A program made the translations under genes and the position numbers. Below, one piece after another: positions 29,081 to 37,862 of a DNA stretch of 64,000 nt (positions are counted from its first letter, which is position 1; every line of letters starts with the position of its first letter). Source of the DNA: a virus (taxonomy: Duplodnaviria > Heunggongvirae > Uroviricota > Caudoviricetes). The stretch is taken from IMG/VR virus record IMGVR_UViG_3300032318_002198. One strand, 5' to 3'. The notes below the pieces were generated by a model. It was not told the DNA's origin. It made no database searches and worked only from the letters and a program-made list of their open reading frames with translations.

Positions 29081-29301
29081 ACGAACATATTCAAGAATTG
29101 ATTAAAAAGTCCACTACGGTTAAGCATGGAGTAATTCAACCTAGAAAAGTCGGTACTGTTTATCATTTTGACGAAGAAAAATTTGCCCAATTACTTTACA
29201 ATGATATTATTGTTGTAATTTCAGCACATGTATTGCTGAATGAATCTGCACTAGATGTTTATAAAAACTTGCGACGTATCTACGAAGGCGTCGAAAAATA
29301 A
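29077..29301 (+). CDS. MNERI-family-related small protein (MNEHIQELIKK variant)
   Basis: Start ATGAACGAACATAT is a one-codon variant of the family 5' motif. Confidence 0.45.
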   Translation: MNEHIQELIKKSTTVKHGVIQPRKVGTVYHFDEEKFAQLLYNDIIVVISAHVLLNESALDVYKNLRRIYEGVEK

Positions 29302-29366
29302 ACTTTTTGTTGTATGTTATCAATGTTCAGAACGAGTGTGTTGTGGATTACTTTGAGAGGTAAACG

Positions 29367-29585
29367 ATGGATGAACAACTAATGATCAAAAAGAAATACG
29401 ATCAGATTCAAAAAAAACTCAAAGGAGTACAGTCTGAATTAGATTGGTTGCAAGAAACATGTAAGCATCCATCTGCCAACGCAAAGCACAGGGGAGATAG
29501 AGGTAACTACGATCCATCAATGGATCGGTACTGGATTGAATACGATTGCCCGGACTGCGGCAAATTTTGGACGGAGGACAAATGA
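29367..29585 (+). CDS. Zn-ribbon small protein, paralogue A (C-terminal CPDCGKFW)
   Basis: About 80% nucleotide identity to 40686-40907, with shared KYxQIQKKLK...HRGDRGNYDPSMDRYWIEY.CPDCGKFWT. Confidence 0.55.
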   Translation: MDEQLMIKKKYDQIQKKLKGVQSELDWLQETCKHPSANAKHRGDRGNYDPSMDRYWIEYDCPDCGKFWTEDK

Positions 29586-29788
29586 ACGAACGAATTCGAG
29601 AACTTGCTGATGAGGCTGCGAAATACAGTGCCATAATGGCTCTTCCTACAGGTGAGTCAGGAGACAAATTATTTGTTGAAAAGTTCGCCCATTTGCTTGT
29701 TAATAAGTGTGCCATGATTGGCAACTATGCTCACGACGGTGGCGAATATCCTGGACCAATGATCAAGGAATATTTTGGAGTTGAATGA
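29582..29788 (+). CDS. MNERI-family small protein
   Basis: ATGAACGAACGAAT start overlapping the upstream stop; ends YFGVE. Confidence 0.6.
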   Translation: MNERIRELADEAAKYSAIMALPTGESGDKLFVEKFAHLLVNKCAMIGNYAHDGGEYPGPMIKEYFGVE

Positions 29789-29964
29789 TGATTAAAATGA
29801 TTTTGATTTTTTTGTTTCTTTTTGCAGTATTCTTTTTTGGTCTGAAATACATCAAGCAAATAGATATTTCGGAAAAAAAGAAGTTGCTAAAAATTGCAGG
29901 ATATAGTATACTGTGTTCTGTGTTGACAGTAATGTCGTTGATTGTTTTTGTTCTAATTTTTTAA
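29788..29964 (+). CDS. Small 2-TM membrane protein, direct-repeat copy 1 (58 aa)
   Basis: MIKMILIFLFLFAVFFFG...YSILCSVLTVMSLIVFVLIF. Paralogue of 30923-31099 with an identical 21 nt TATAGTATACTGTGTTCTGTG. Not in the track. Confidence 0.45.
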   Translation: MIKMILIFLFLFAVFFFGLKYIKQIDISEKKKLLKIAGYSILCSVLTVMSLIVFVLIF

Positions 29965-29975
29965 AAGGATATACA

Positions 29976-30926
29976 ATGGGATGTTGGAATAAAACTTGCG
30001 GCCTCAGTAATCTGCATATTTACGCAGGAACTCCTGTATATGTGTTTGTTTTGGAAGAAAACAAACATAAAGATGACCATTGCTATGCGACCAGTCTATA
30101 TCGTCCTCTACTACTGCCGTTCGAAAGCGTATATAACGATTACGGCGGTGGTGAATCTAGCAGCGGTCCGGGTTTTGAAATGATCATGGACGGCATTCGT
30201 AAACTGTTGATTGAAACGCCAGCTGGTGAAAATAAATATCACGATATTGCCGTATCCCGCGACGGTTTTGGAGAAGAACAATTCTTTGATGCTGTTCATG
30301 AAAATCGAATGAACATCAGTTATCGTCATGACTTTTCTGATCCTACACCTGTTCAATTTACTATGTTTCGCAAGGATATTGTAGACGACATTCTCGAAAA
30401 TCGAGTAATTGAAGATTATGTAGGCAACGGTAAGGGAACTGGCGGATACGATAATAACTATAACTACTACACATTCAAAGATATTGTTGCCGACATCAAA
30501 CCTTTATTTAAAGAACTCAAGCAAATAATTGCTTCGTTGCAAACAGAAGGAGTGTCCGATGCAGTAATATTTAGCATGTGCGGCGGACTCGAGTATCTCG
30601 TTGATTACAACCATCCTAACAAAGCAGCAAAATGGTTTCGTAGCGATACCTATCGCTATAGTACGATCGTAGACATGCGTAAAGTTCTTTCCGACACTAT
30701 TAAGGTTGGCACAAACGAAGCATACGACAAACTAGAAATCATTCTCACAGAATATCTCAAGGGCAAGTTTATCGACGGCTTCATGCATGCTGCCCGCAAA
30801 ACTTGGATTCCCGGTGGTCACGAAGGTAGTCAAAATGATAGCGGAGATGCTTTACGAATTCTCTGTTCCGCTACAATCAAGGCATTGGATCGAGAGCGTG
30901 AGGAATATGGAGAAGACGACGAATGA
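29976..30926 (+). CDS. Hypothetical protein (316 aa), flanked by paralogous small membrane-protein genes
   Basis: AAAAGGAT RBS then ATGGGATGTTGG. The track start 29913 lies inside the upstream small ORF. Confidence 0.5.
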   Translation: MGCWNKTCGLSNLHIYAGTPVYVFVLEENKHKDDHCYATSLYRPLLLPFESVYNDYGGGESSSGPGFEMIMDGIRKLLIETPAGENKYHDIAVSRDGFGEEQFFDAVHENRMNISYRHDFSDPTPVQFTMFRKDIVDDILENRVIEDYVGNGKGTGGYDNNYNYYTFKDIVADIKPLFKELKQIIASLQTEGVSDAVIFSMCGGLEYLVDYNHPNKAAKWFRSDTYRYSTIVDMRKVLSDTIKVGTNEAYDKLEIILTEYLKGKFIDGFMHAARKTWIPGGHEGSQNDSGDALRILCSATIKALDREREEYGEDDE

Positions 30927-31099
30927 TTAAAATTATTCTCTCATTTCTTATCTTGTTTGGTGTCTTTTTCTTCGGAATTAAATTCATTCGCGAAATGACT
31001 AAAACGGAGAAATGGACATTGACAAAATACACAGTCTATAGTATACTGTGTTCTGTGTCGGCGCTTTGTGCGTTGACTATTTTTGTGGTACTTTTTTAA
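30923..31099 (+). CDS. Small 2-TM membrane protein, direct-repeat copy 2 (58 aa)
   Basis: MIKIILSFLILFGVFFFG...YSILCSVSALCALTIFVVLF. Not in the track. Confidence 0.45.
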   Translation: MIKIILSFLILFGVFFFGIKFIREMTKTEKWTLTKYTVYSILCSVSALCALTIFVVLF

Positions 31100-31111
31100 A
31101 GGAAATTTAAT

Positions 31112-31528
31112 ATGAATCGAATTCTTATCGTATCAGCAGTTATCGCAGCAACCATGCTTACTGCATGTAAAGAAAAGCAAGAGGTATCATTTGCCTCATT
31201 GGAAGAAGCAAAGGGTACTGCCCGCGAGAACGCATTGTTTAATGCACAAATGTATCGCCAAAGTAATATTCTTTACAAGGGCTGGGACATTGTTGGTCGA
31301 GGTGATTCTACACAATCCAATACTTGCCCGCAAGGCGACGGTTGGGCTACAATGGAATTTGTAAATCCCGAAAAGACAAAACTAGTCAAGGCTAAGTGTT
31401 CTACTGTTAGTGGAAATACCGGTTGTCTGGAAGATGCTGACTTCAAGACCAAGCCTTTTGCAGGCGAAGATGGCGCTTGTGCTCCGTTGAACCGAGTTCC
31501 TTATCCGTTGCCTAAGATTGCAAAATGA
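31112..31528 (+). CDS. Lipoprotein (lipobox LTAC)
   Basis: MNRILIVSAVIAATMLTAC is a signal peptidase II signal. Confidence 0.55.
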   Translation: MNRILIVSAVIAATMLTACKEKQEVSFASLEEAKGTARENALFNAQMYRQSNILYKGWDIVGRGDSTQSNTCPQGDGWATMEFVNPEKTKLVKAKCSTVSGNTGCLEDADFKTKPFAGEDGACAPLNRVPYPLPKIAK

Positions 31529-31564
31529 TCTTCGTTGAGATATTGATTGCAATTGGTCTCGTTG

Positions 31565-31582
31565 TGACCCACAGTACTGTGG
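31565..31582. promoter_or_regulatory. Perfect 18-bp palindrome ACCCACAGTACTGTGGGT (hairpin or dimeric-protein operator)
   Basis: Exact inverted repeat between two lipoprotein genes, with no T-tract after it. Confidence 0.35.
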
Positions 31583-31633
31583 GTTACATTAGTTATAAAC
31601 TTGGTAAACAATTTACAAAAAAGGAAATTTAAT

Positions 31634-32437
31634 ATGAAGCGTATTTTTACACTAGGCATTCTCGCAGCAGCAGTTATTGCAGCCGGCTGCACTCGAATCG
31701 AAACCGGAGAGGTGGGAGTTCGTATCGGCTTTGACAAGCAGGTCAAGCCCGGTGAGCTTCAACCCGGATCGTTCAATCAAACACTGGTTGGTGAGGTGCT
31801 AACATTCCCTATCAAGGATGTTGCTGTTCCTGTTGAGAATATGACTCCGTTGGCCAAGGACAACAGTACGATGAAGGACGTTGACATGACGGTGATCTAT
31901 TCGATCAACCCCAGTCAGGTCAGTGAACTCTATACCAGCAAAAATAAGAGTTTTCACGCCATTAATAAGGATGACACTTTGTTGATGTTCAACTATATGC
32001 ATCAGGCTGCACGTAATGCTCTTTACAAGGCATCGCGAGAATACGAAGCGTTGGACATGAACGATAACCGTGTTGCTATCGAACAGAAGGTGCGCGAAAA
32101 TCTTCTGGCAACTCTGTCAAGCGAAAAGTTGGATGGGAGTCTTTCTATTCAACAGGTTTTGGTTCGTCAGTTGACTCCAGCTGATAGCGTGGTTGCAAGT
32201 GCAAACGAATTAGTTCGTTCCAAGAATGAATTGCGACAGAAGGAAGTTGAGGTTAAGACTGCCGAGGCTGAAAGTCGTCGTATGCAAGCACTTGCTTCTC
32301 AAGGTAGCCAAAGTATTGCATATATGAATGCACAAACTGAACAAATGAAGGCACAGGCTATGCTTGAGGCTGCTAAGAAGGGTTCGTTGATGATGGTTCC
32401 TGTTGGCACCACTCCAATGATCAACGTCAATAAGTAA
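31634..32437 (+). CDS. Lipoprotein (lipobox AAGC), possibly SPFH/band-7-like
   Basis: MKRIFTLGILAAAVIAAGC. AAGGAAA RBS. Confidence 0.5.
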   Translation: MKRIFTLGILAAAVIAAGCTRIETGEVGVRIGFDKQVKPGELQPGSFNQTLVGEVLTFPIKDVAVPVENMTPLAKDNSTMKDVDMTVIYSINPSQVSELYTSKNKSFHAINKDDTLLMFNYMHQAARNALYKASREYEALDMNDNRVAIEQKVRENLLATLSSEKLDGSLSIQQVLVRQLTPADSVVASANELVRSKNELRQKEVEVKTAEAESRRMQALASQGSQSIAYMNAQTEQMKAQAMLEAAKKGSLMMVPVGTTPMINVNK

Positions 32438-32458
32438 AAAATTGATTGTTCAAAGAAC

Positions 32459-32487
32459 CAGGTGCTTATTGCACCTGTTTCTTTATC
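32459..32487 (+). terminator. Rho-independent terminator (CAGGTGC-TTATT-GCACCTG followed by TTTCTTTAT)
   Basis: 7-bp stem plus U-rich tail after the 32437 stop. Confidence 0.6.
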
Positions 32488-32557
32488 AACGTAAATTGAC
32501 TTTAAAACAGTTTATACTATAATTATCACTATAGTAAAGTTACAAAAGAAAGTAATT

Positions 32558-32947
32558 ATGAATGCTACTAAGAAATCTTCTGTATATGATCGAAAAATTA
32601 AAAAATTTCATAGAAATACAGAAGTGATTAGCTATCGAGATCTGCATACTTTTGACGAATTTATTGAGAAAATTAAATCATTAAAACAAAAATATCTGGA
32701 ACATGAATTTTTGTATAAGAGAACAGTTACTTTTGATTTACATGGTCATCTTGTGATGGATGTAACAGTATCCGGCGTGGAATCTGAGAACGAATATAAG
32801 AAAAGAATCGACAAATACGAAAAGACTAAGATAGCTAGGAATGCAGCGGCAGAAAAAAGACGTGCCCAATTATTGAAGAAAGAAATAGAAGAGTTTAAGA
32901 AACTGAAGAAATCACTAGAATCCAAAGTTAATCTTGATGCTATTTGA
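32558..32947 (+). CDS. Hypothetical Lys/Glu-rich coiled-coil protein
   Basis: 129 aa ORF. Confidence 0.45.
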   Translation: MNATKKSSVYDRKIKKFHRNTEVISYRDLHTFDEFIEKIKSLKQKYLEHEFLYKRTVTFDLHGHLVMDVTVSGVESENEYKKRIDKYEKTKIARNAAAEKRRAQLLKKEIEEFKKLKKSLESKVNLDAI

Positions 32948-32997
32948 AATGTGTGTTACATATTGACTATATCACTGCTTTACGTTATAATTAAAAT

Positions 32998-33312
32998 ATG
33001 ATATTAGAACTGTTAACTAACCTCGAATATGCTGCAAAAGCAGGGAGATATCAGTCATGTATACAAAAAGACAACAATATTTCTATCTTGTACAACGATG
33101 AATGGATTAAATGGGATCCGGTTAACGATGATGGCGATTCTATAAGATTAGCAAATAAATGCAATTTATCTATTAGTCGTCGCAATGGTGCAGTATTCGT
33201 GGTAGGCGACGATTATTTTTGCTGTCAAGAAAAGTACTACGATGATCCTAATGCTGCTCTCCGAACTGCAATTTTTCGAGTAGCTGTTGATATAGGAAAA
33301 AATTTAAAATGA
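32998..33312 (+). CDS. Hypothetical protein
   Basis: 104 aa ORF. Confidence 0.4.
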   Translation: MILELLTNLEYAAKAGRYQSCIQKDNNISILYNDEWIKWDPVNDDGDSIRLANKCNLSISRRNGAVFVVGDDYFCCQEKYYDDPNAALRTAIFRVAVDIGKNLK

Positions 33313-33629
33313 AACTATATATCGCCGTTCTTGACGAATTTCCTGACTACATGACTCCTACTCTTGTAGCACATAGCGTATTATCCTCTCACCTCAAATT
33401 TCAAGACGATCTTACCTATAAAAAATGGTTAGCTGACTCATTTAAAAAATGTGTAGTTAGAGTCAATCAAAAAGAATTTGATAAGATCGCAGAACTTCCC
33501 AATGTTCATTTAGGACACGAAAACAATACATTGGGTGGAAAAAAGTCATGTGCTGTTGTATGCCCAACTGAGGATAATCTTCCTAACGTTCTTAAATATG
33601 CTAAACTTTGGAAACCATTAATTGTATGA
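33309..33629 (+). CDS. Peptidyl-tRNA hydrolase PTH2-like protein (tentative)
   Basis: About 106 aa. CVVRVNQKEFDKIAEL...SCAVVCP resembles PTH2 IVLKVNSEEEL...TVLGIGP. Confidence 0.3.
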   Translation: MKLYIAVLDEFPDYMTPTLVAHSVLSSHLKFQDDLTYKKWLADSFKKCVVRVNQKEFDKIAELPNVHLGHENNTLGGKKSCAVVCPTEDNLPNVLKYAKLWKPLIV

Positions 33630-34063
33630 AGAAATTTTTTTTAGACACTGAATTTAACGGCTTCGGCGGAAAACTGATATCTATGGCGATAGTACCAGAA
33701 GATCGTAACATAAGAGAATTTTATGTAGAATTAGAGATAAAGGAACAACTACATCCATGGGTCAAAGAAAATGTAGTACCGCATTTAATTTTAGTCCCAC
33801 AGTCTATGAATTCGTTTCAACAATCTCTTGCACAATATCTTTGGGAAATAGGAGAGTGTGTTATTGTTGCGGACTGGCCAGATGACATTAAATATTTTTG
33901 CGAGTCATTGATCACTGGCCCTGGCATGTCTATTAATTTGATGCATAATATCAAATTTGAATTGAATTTTAGTATTCAATATGAATCTTCGGTACCACAT
34001 AATGCATTGCATGATGCTAGGGCAATACGTGATTCTTACTTAAAAAATATACAAAATGGATAA
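33626..34063 (+). CDS. DEDDh 3'-5' exonuclease (DnaQ/oligoribonuclease-like)
   Basis: Exo I motif FLDTEFNGFGG, Exo III motif HNALHDARA. Confidence 0.7.
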   Translation: MKKFFLDTEFNGFGGKLISMAIVPEDRNIREFYVELEIKEQLHPWVKENVVPHLILVPQSMNSFQQSLAQYLWEIGECVIVADWPDDIKYFCESLITGPGMSINLMHNIKFELNFSIQYESSVPHNALHDARAIRDSYLKNIQNG

Positions 34064-34382
34064 GATATTTAAAAAAGTAGATCGTAGAACTCCGGGACAC
34101 GAAAATTGGAAATATTATATTCCGAGACCCAAAACTCATTATATGCCAACATATACTTTGTATGAAAGCAAACAAACGTTCTTTGAATGGAGGAAATGGT
34201 GTACCGAAACTTGGGGACATAGTAAAGAATTCAATGATTGGTTAGAAGACTTAGCACAATCTCCTGAGCAAAGAAGTTGTTTTAACGAGCATTGGTGTTA
34301 TCAAAACAATGAATATCATTGTAGAATATTCTTACGTACAGACAAAGATTTGAGCATTTTTTTACTTAAATGGGCGAGTTAA
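34056..34382 (+). CDS. LRWS-array family member (divergent, ends LLKWAS)
   Basis: The start overlaps the exonuclease stop. The next start is embedded in the KWA codons (AAATGGGCG). Confidence 0.5.
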   Translation: MDKIFKKVDRRTPGHENWKYYIPRPKTHYMPTYTLYESKQTFFEWRKWCTETWGHSKEFNDWLEDLAQSPEQRSCFNEHWCYQNNEYHCRIFLRTDKDLSIFLLKWAS

Positions 34383-34603
34383 AATTTATCGATATTAAAA
34401 TAAACGACTTCATGGAATTATTACATGAATTAAAATCAAACGGATTGATACTTAATCAAGACTTCGAATGGCGTTATCAACCTACTAAAATTATCGAAAC
34501 TCACGACCATAAATTTGAAGTAGAAGAAAAATATTGTATTATTAAATTTTATAATTTAAAACATCTCACCTTTTATTCTTTAAAATGGAACAAGTATCTA
34601 TAA
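34370..34603 (+). CDS. LRWS-array family member (divergent, ends SLKWNKYL)
   Basis: Array position; K-W motif near the C-terminus. Confidence 0.45.
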   Translation: MGELKFIDIKINDFMELLHELKSNGLILNQDFEWRYQPTKIIETHDHKFEVEEKYCIIKFYNLKHLTFYSLKWNKYL

Positions 34604-34815
34604 GCGGTTACGTACAACCATGGCATAGTGTTAAATTACAGTTTTATTCCTTGGGAAGAATATCCCCCGCACACTGGTGTGATAAACAAAACTGGCAGGA
34701 AAATGTAGATTATATTATCTTGACAGAAAAACGAGTAATTAACTACTTGTTCAAAAATGCAAAACATGCTACAATGTTTAGACTGTATTGGTCTTCCTAC
34801 ATAAAGGATTCGTAA
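34585..34815 (+). CDS. LRWS-array family member (divergent, ends MFRLYWSSYIKDS)
   Basis: MFRLYWS retains the family core. Confidence 0.45.
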   Translation: MEQVSISGYVQPWHSVKLQFYSLGRISPAHWCDKQNWQENVDYIILTEKRVINYLFKNAKHATMFRLYWSSYIKDS

Positions 34816-35108
34816 TGAATAATTCTGCAATTAACAATGCAATTACTGCTGTTGCTCAAGCATTAGATAACATTGACCTTGGTCCGAACAAAATCCAGAT
34901 GAAAACTGGAAAGGCAAAAAGTTGGCTCGGAGAATATCATTGGGCTAGTCTTGCAAAAGATCCCGATGCCGACGATAATACTGATCCTGCCATTGAATGG
35001 TGTTTGGAACATTTTGGCAAAAGTGGTGCTAGGTGGTATCCTTATAATGGAAAATTCTTTTTCAAAGACGAACGAGATATGAGTATGTTTATTCTAAGAT
35101 GGTCATGA
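34815..35108 (+). CDS. LRWS-array family member (ends KDERDMSMFILRWS)
   Basis: TAATG overlap start; canonical C-terminus. Confidence 0.6.
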   Translation: MNNSAINNAITAVAQALDNIDLGPNKIQMKTGKAKSWLGEYHWASLAKDPDADDNTDPAIEWCLEHFGKSGARWYPYNGKFFFKDERDMSMFILRWS

Positions 35109-35389
35109 CATATGATATCCCCGATACTACGCTAGTAGACGACTATATTCTAATAAAACTGTGGAACGATTATATCGTTAATCATCCAGACCTTAATCTC
35201 ATAGGTAAACGACTTGTTCGAGGTTACTATACAAAACATATTCACAAGTTTGGTTATAATATATTTGTAAAAGAATTTCAAGATTGGTTATGGAATCAAG
35301 GTGGAACAGTAATACTAAAAGATAAAAAGCAGTATATTCAATTTACTGATCCACAACAGGCAACTGTATTTCTGTTGAGGTGGGCATGA
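35099..35389 (+). CDS. LRWS-array family member (ends QQATVFLLRWA)
   Basis: ATGGTCATGA junction. Confidence 0.6.
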   Translation: MVMTYDIPDTTLVDDYILIKLWNDYIVNHPDLNLIGKRLVRGYYTKHIHKFGYNIFVKEFQDWLWNQGGTVILKDKKQYIQFTDPQQATVFLLRWA

Positions 35390-35622
35390 AACGATCGACA
35401 ATTCATAAAATTTCATTCGGTCGAAATCGATATCACCAACATATTGAAATGTATAATTGGTGTGAAAGGCGTTTCGGTTACGGCAAATGGCTTACGGGCA
35501 CACCAAACAGTTGGGTAGGATTGGAAAATCTAAATTGGTGTGTTGATAGTATGTTTGGTAATACTACATTTGCTTTCAAAGATCCAAAACATTTATCTAT
35601 GTTTTTACTGAGGTGGTCATGA
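35386..35622 (+). CDS. LRWS-array family member (ends KDPKHLSMFLLRWS)
   Basis: GGGCATGA junction. Confidence 0.6.
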   Translation: MKRSTIHKISFGRNRYHQHIEMYNWCERRFGYGKWLTGTPNSWVGLENLNWCVDSMFGNTTFAFKDPKHLSMFLLRWS

Positions 35623-35858
35623 TACCAAAATTTAAGAAGGCTCAACACCCCGATCTTTGCGATAGATGGGAAATCTACTTCGATATGTGGGATCCAAATC
35701 GTAAATTTGATTTAGTAATGGAATGGTGTTGGACCACATTTGGTCGCCCAAATATTAAGTTTGTAACCGGAGTAAAAAGCGTTTGGGATTCTCACGGGAG
35801 ATTCATATATTTTTATGACGAAAAGTGTGTTACAATGTATATGTTGAGGTGGTCATGA
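35619..35858 (+). CDS. LRWS-array family member (ends DEKCVTMYMLRWS)
   Basis: GAGGTGGTCATGA junction. Confidence 0.6.
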   Translation: MIPKFKKAQHPDLCDRWEIYFDMWDPNRKFDLVMEWCWTTFGRPNIKFVTGVKSVWDSHGRFIYFYDEKCVTMYMLRWS

Positions 35859-36220
35859 GAACTAGTATTTGGTATCGCACTAACCAACATCAACCTGATT
35901 CATCAGGTTACTACCTGTCTTATCGTGGTTGGGGGCTGGGCGGCAAAGCAGACGGTGATAGTACGTATGGATATTTGTGGTACAGTAAGAAAACTAATAA
36001 ATGGTATGAATATCAAGGAGATGAACGATCCATGCATCCAAGTACCTGTATGGTTTATTATTGGACTGATGCTACACCAGATGACTGGGTAGACAACGAG
36101 CAAGTAGGAAGCCAGTATCAAAACATCTCCAAAAATCCTACATTAAAAAGTGCTTGGCAAGATGTGTTAGCTGCTATTGAAAAATTTAAAATAATCGAAG
36201 CATTAGTAAAGCAAGCGTAA
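35855..36220 (+). CDS. Trp/Tyr-rich hypothetical protein embedded in the array (no LRWS tail)
   Basis: Starts at the canonical junction ATG but ends ALVKQA. Confidence 0.5.
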   Translation: MRTSIWYRTNQHQPDSSGYYLSYRGWGLGGKADGDSTYGYLWYSKKTNKWYEYQGDERSMHPSTCMVYYWTDATPDDWVDNEQVGSQYQNISKNPTLKSAWQDVLAAIEKFKIIEALVKQA

Positions 36221-36221
36221 T

Positions 36222-36448
36222 ATGGGATACAAACTTTCTATTGAACGCCATGAAAACAACGGAATTAATGCCGATGCTTTTGGTAATTTCATCATGCATT
36301 ATATCGACCTTTGGGAGCTAGAAGGCTCCGGCTTCGACAGGAAGATTGACAACGTTCTAAAAACATACGGTGCCAAAGATATATTGGGCGAGCCAGCTAT
36401 AGAGTTTGAAACTTAACAACAGGCACTATTTTTATTGAGGTGGTCATG
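36222..36448 (+). pseudogene. LRWS-array member interrupted by an in-frame TAA (36414-36416). Readthrough would add QQALFLLRWS.
   Basis: ...IEFET*QQALFLLRWS* in one frame, comparable to the intact ...FTDPQQATVFLLRWA of 35099-35389. Confidence 0.5.
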
Positions 36449-36649
36449 AGAGTAGATATAAGGCCCTACTGGAAAAATCTAACTAATTGGTATTGGGACG
36501 AAAGTCAAAACAATAGGGGCGGATTTAGCATTTGGGAAATACTAGAAGAAGACTACGGGGCCCGCTGTGTCCATGTGAGCGGCCGGGGATTTCTCATGGA
36601 GTTCCCAGATGAAAAAGCGTATATGTTGTTTGTGTTGAGGTGGTCATGA
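36446..36649 (+). CDS. LRWS-array family member (ends DEKAYMLFVLRWS)
   Basis: GAGGTGGTCATGA junction. Confidence 0.6.
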   Translation: MRVDIRPYWKNLTNWYWDESQNNRGGFSIWEILEEDYGARCVHVSGRGFLMEFPDEKAYMLFVLRWS

Positions 36650-36900
36650 AAATTACAAAATATTGGGAAATTTCTGCCAATAACATAAGTGCAGATGATT
36701 ATGATTTTTATTAAAATTAAATTGTGATGTTGAAACTATTGAAGCAGAAATAACAACTCTTACTACTGTTACTGGATTCACTTATAAGGTCATAACTAGT
36801 CCGCAAAAAATAATAATCAAAACCGCTTGCGAAAAACAAGAAATTATGTTATTATTAAAGTACGATTCTAAGATATTCCTCACTAATCGAGAAATTACAT

Positions 36901-37303
36901 ATGAATTTGATTGAAAAATATCGTGCTTGGAAAGAAAAACAATTTCTAAAAAAAACACGGCTGTGAGACTCGCGAACAATACAATTATAAGTACGACCCT
37001 GATATAAACGATCGTGCTACTAGAATAAAAGATTATTACCATGGATATCCCTATTTTTATTGTTTCGAAGATCGTGAACATGAAATATATTATTGGGATT
37101 TAGGAATCGACGGGGTTTATGTAACCAATAAATCGTGTAAAGAGAATCTAACAGGTATGTTTCGTTTTGACTTTCACCGTGCTACAAAGGCACCATCTAC
37201 TGCCAATGAATGGGTAACAAATGAGCTTGGCGGTGGCGACTATATTTTCTTTGCATGCAAAGATCCAAAAGATTATACACTGTTTTTGTTGAAGTGGTCA
37301 TGA
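36901..37303 (+). pseudogene. LRWS-array member disrupted by a frameshift in an A8 homopolymer (36948-36955). ATG at 36901 gives MNLIEKYRAWKEKQFLKKTRL*, and the +1 frame continues ...CETREQY...DYTLFLLKWS.
   Basis: The family C-terminus FLLKWS plus the canonical GTGGTCATGA junction occur in the +1 frame with no in-frame ATG. A poly-A tract sits at the frame switch. Confidence 0.5.
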
Positions 37304-37545
37304 AAATTACACAAGATCAAATCAAGAATCAAATTAATAATTGTTTCGAAGCATTTGACCCTCGGTGGCTAGAATCTTTCGGAACAGCCCAGCAAAAAAA
37401 TAGTTTCAAACAGCATCTTGAAAAAACTGCTGGAATAAAAGTTGAAATAGAAAACGATTATAGAGAGAGAATGTCATACAGACTTGCAAGTATTGAAGTT
37501 GTTGATGAATCCAAATTAACTTGGTGGATCCTGAAATGGTCATGA
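37300..37545 (+). CDS. LRWS-array family member (ends ESKLTWWILKWS)
   Basis: Junction ATG. Confidence 0.55.
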   Translation: MKITQDQIKNQINNCFEAFDPRWLESFGTAQQKNSFKQHLEKTAGIKVEIENDYRERMSYRLASIEVVDESKLTWWILKWS

Positions 37546-37862
37546 CAATTAGCATACCAAAACTTAAAAATATTGATCCCGTACTTGTGGCACCTAGGAT
37601 ACAATCTTATCCTGTTAAATCTCCAAAACATTGGCCATGGCAGTATTATTTACGAGAGTTAGAAGTAGAATACAACAATTGGCGGCGTACTTATACTACA
37701 AACGAAAGAGGTATGAAGGATGTAAATGATATTATGCAGGACCTGTATCCTGGACCATATCGTGTTGTAGAAAAGTATCTATCAGATAGAATGGTTATTG
37801 GATTTGGTTTAGAATTTGATGATCCTAAAGAAGAAACTTTTTGGCTATTGAAAAACTCATGA
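37536..37862 (+). CDS. LRWS-array family member (ends DDPKEETFWLLKNS)
   Basis: AAATGGTCATGA junction. Confidence 0.55.
   Translation: MVMTISIPKLKNIDPVLVAPRIQSYPVKSPKHWPWQYYLRELEVEYNNWRRTYTTNERGMKDVNDIMQDLYPGPYRVVEKYLSDRMVIGFGLEFDDPKEETFWLLKNS

Noticed and set aside
36782-37081. 99-aa minus-strand ORF in the array gap
   Set aside because: It is antisense to the frameshifted family member (36901-37303), with hydrophobic low-complexity translation.
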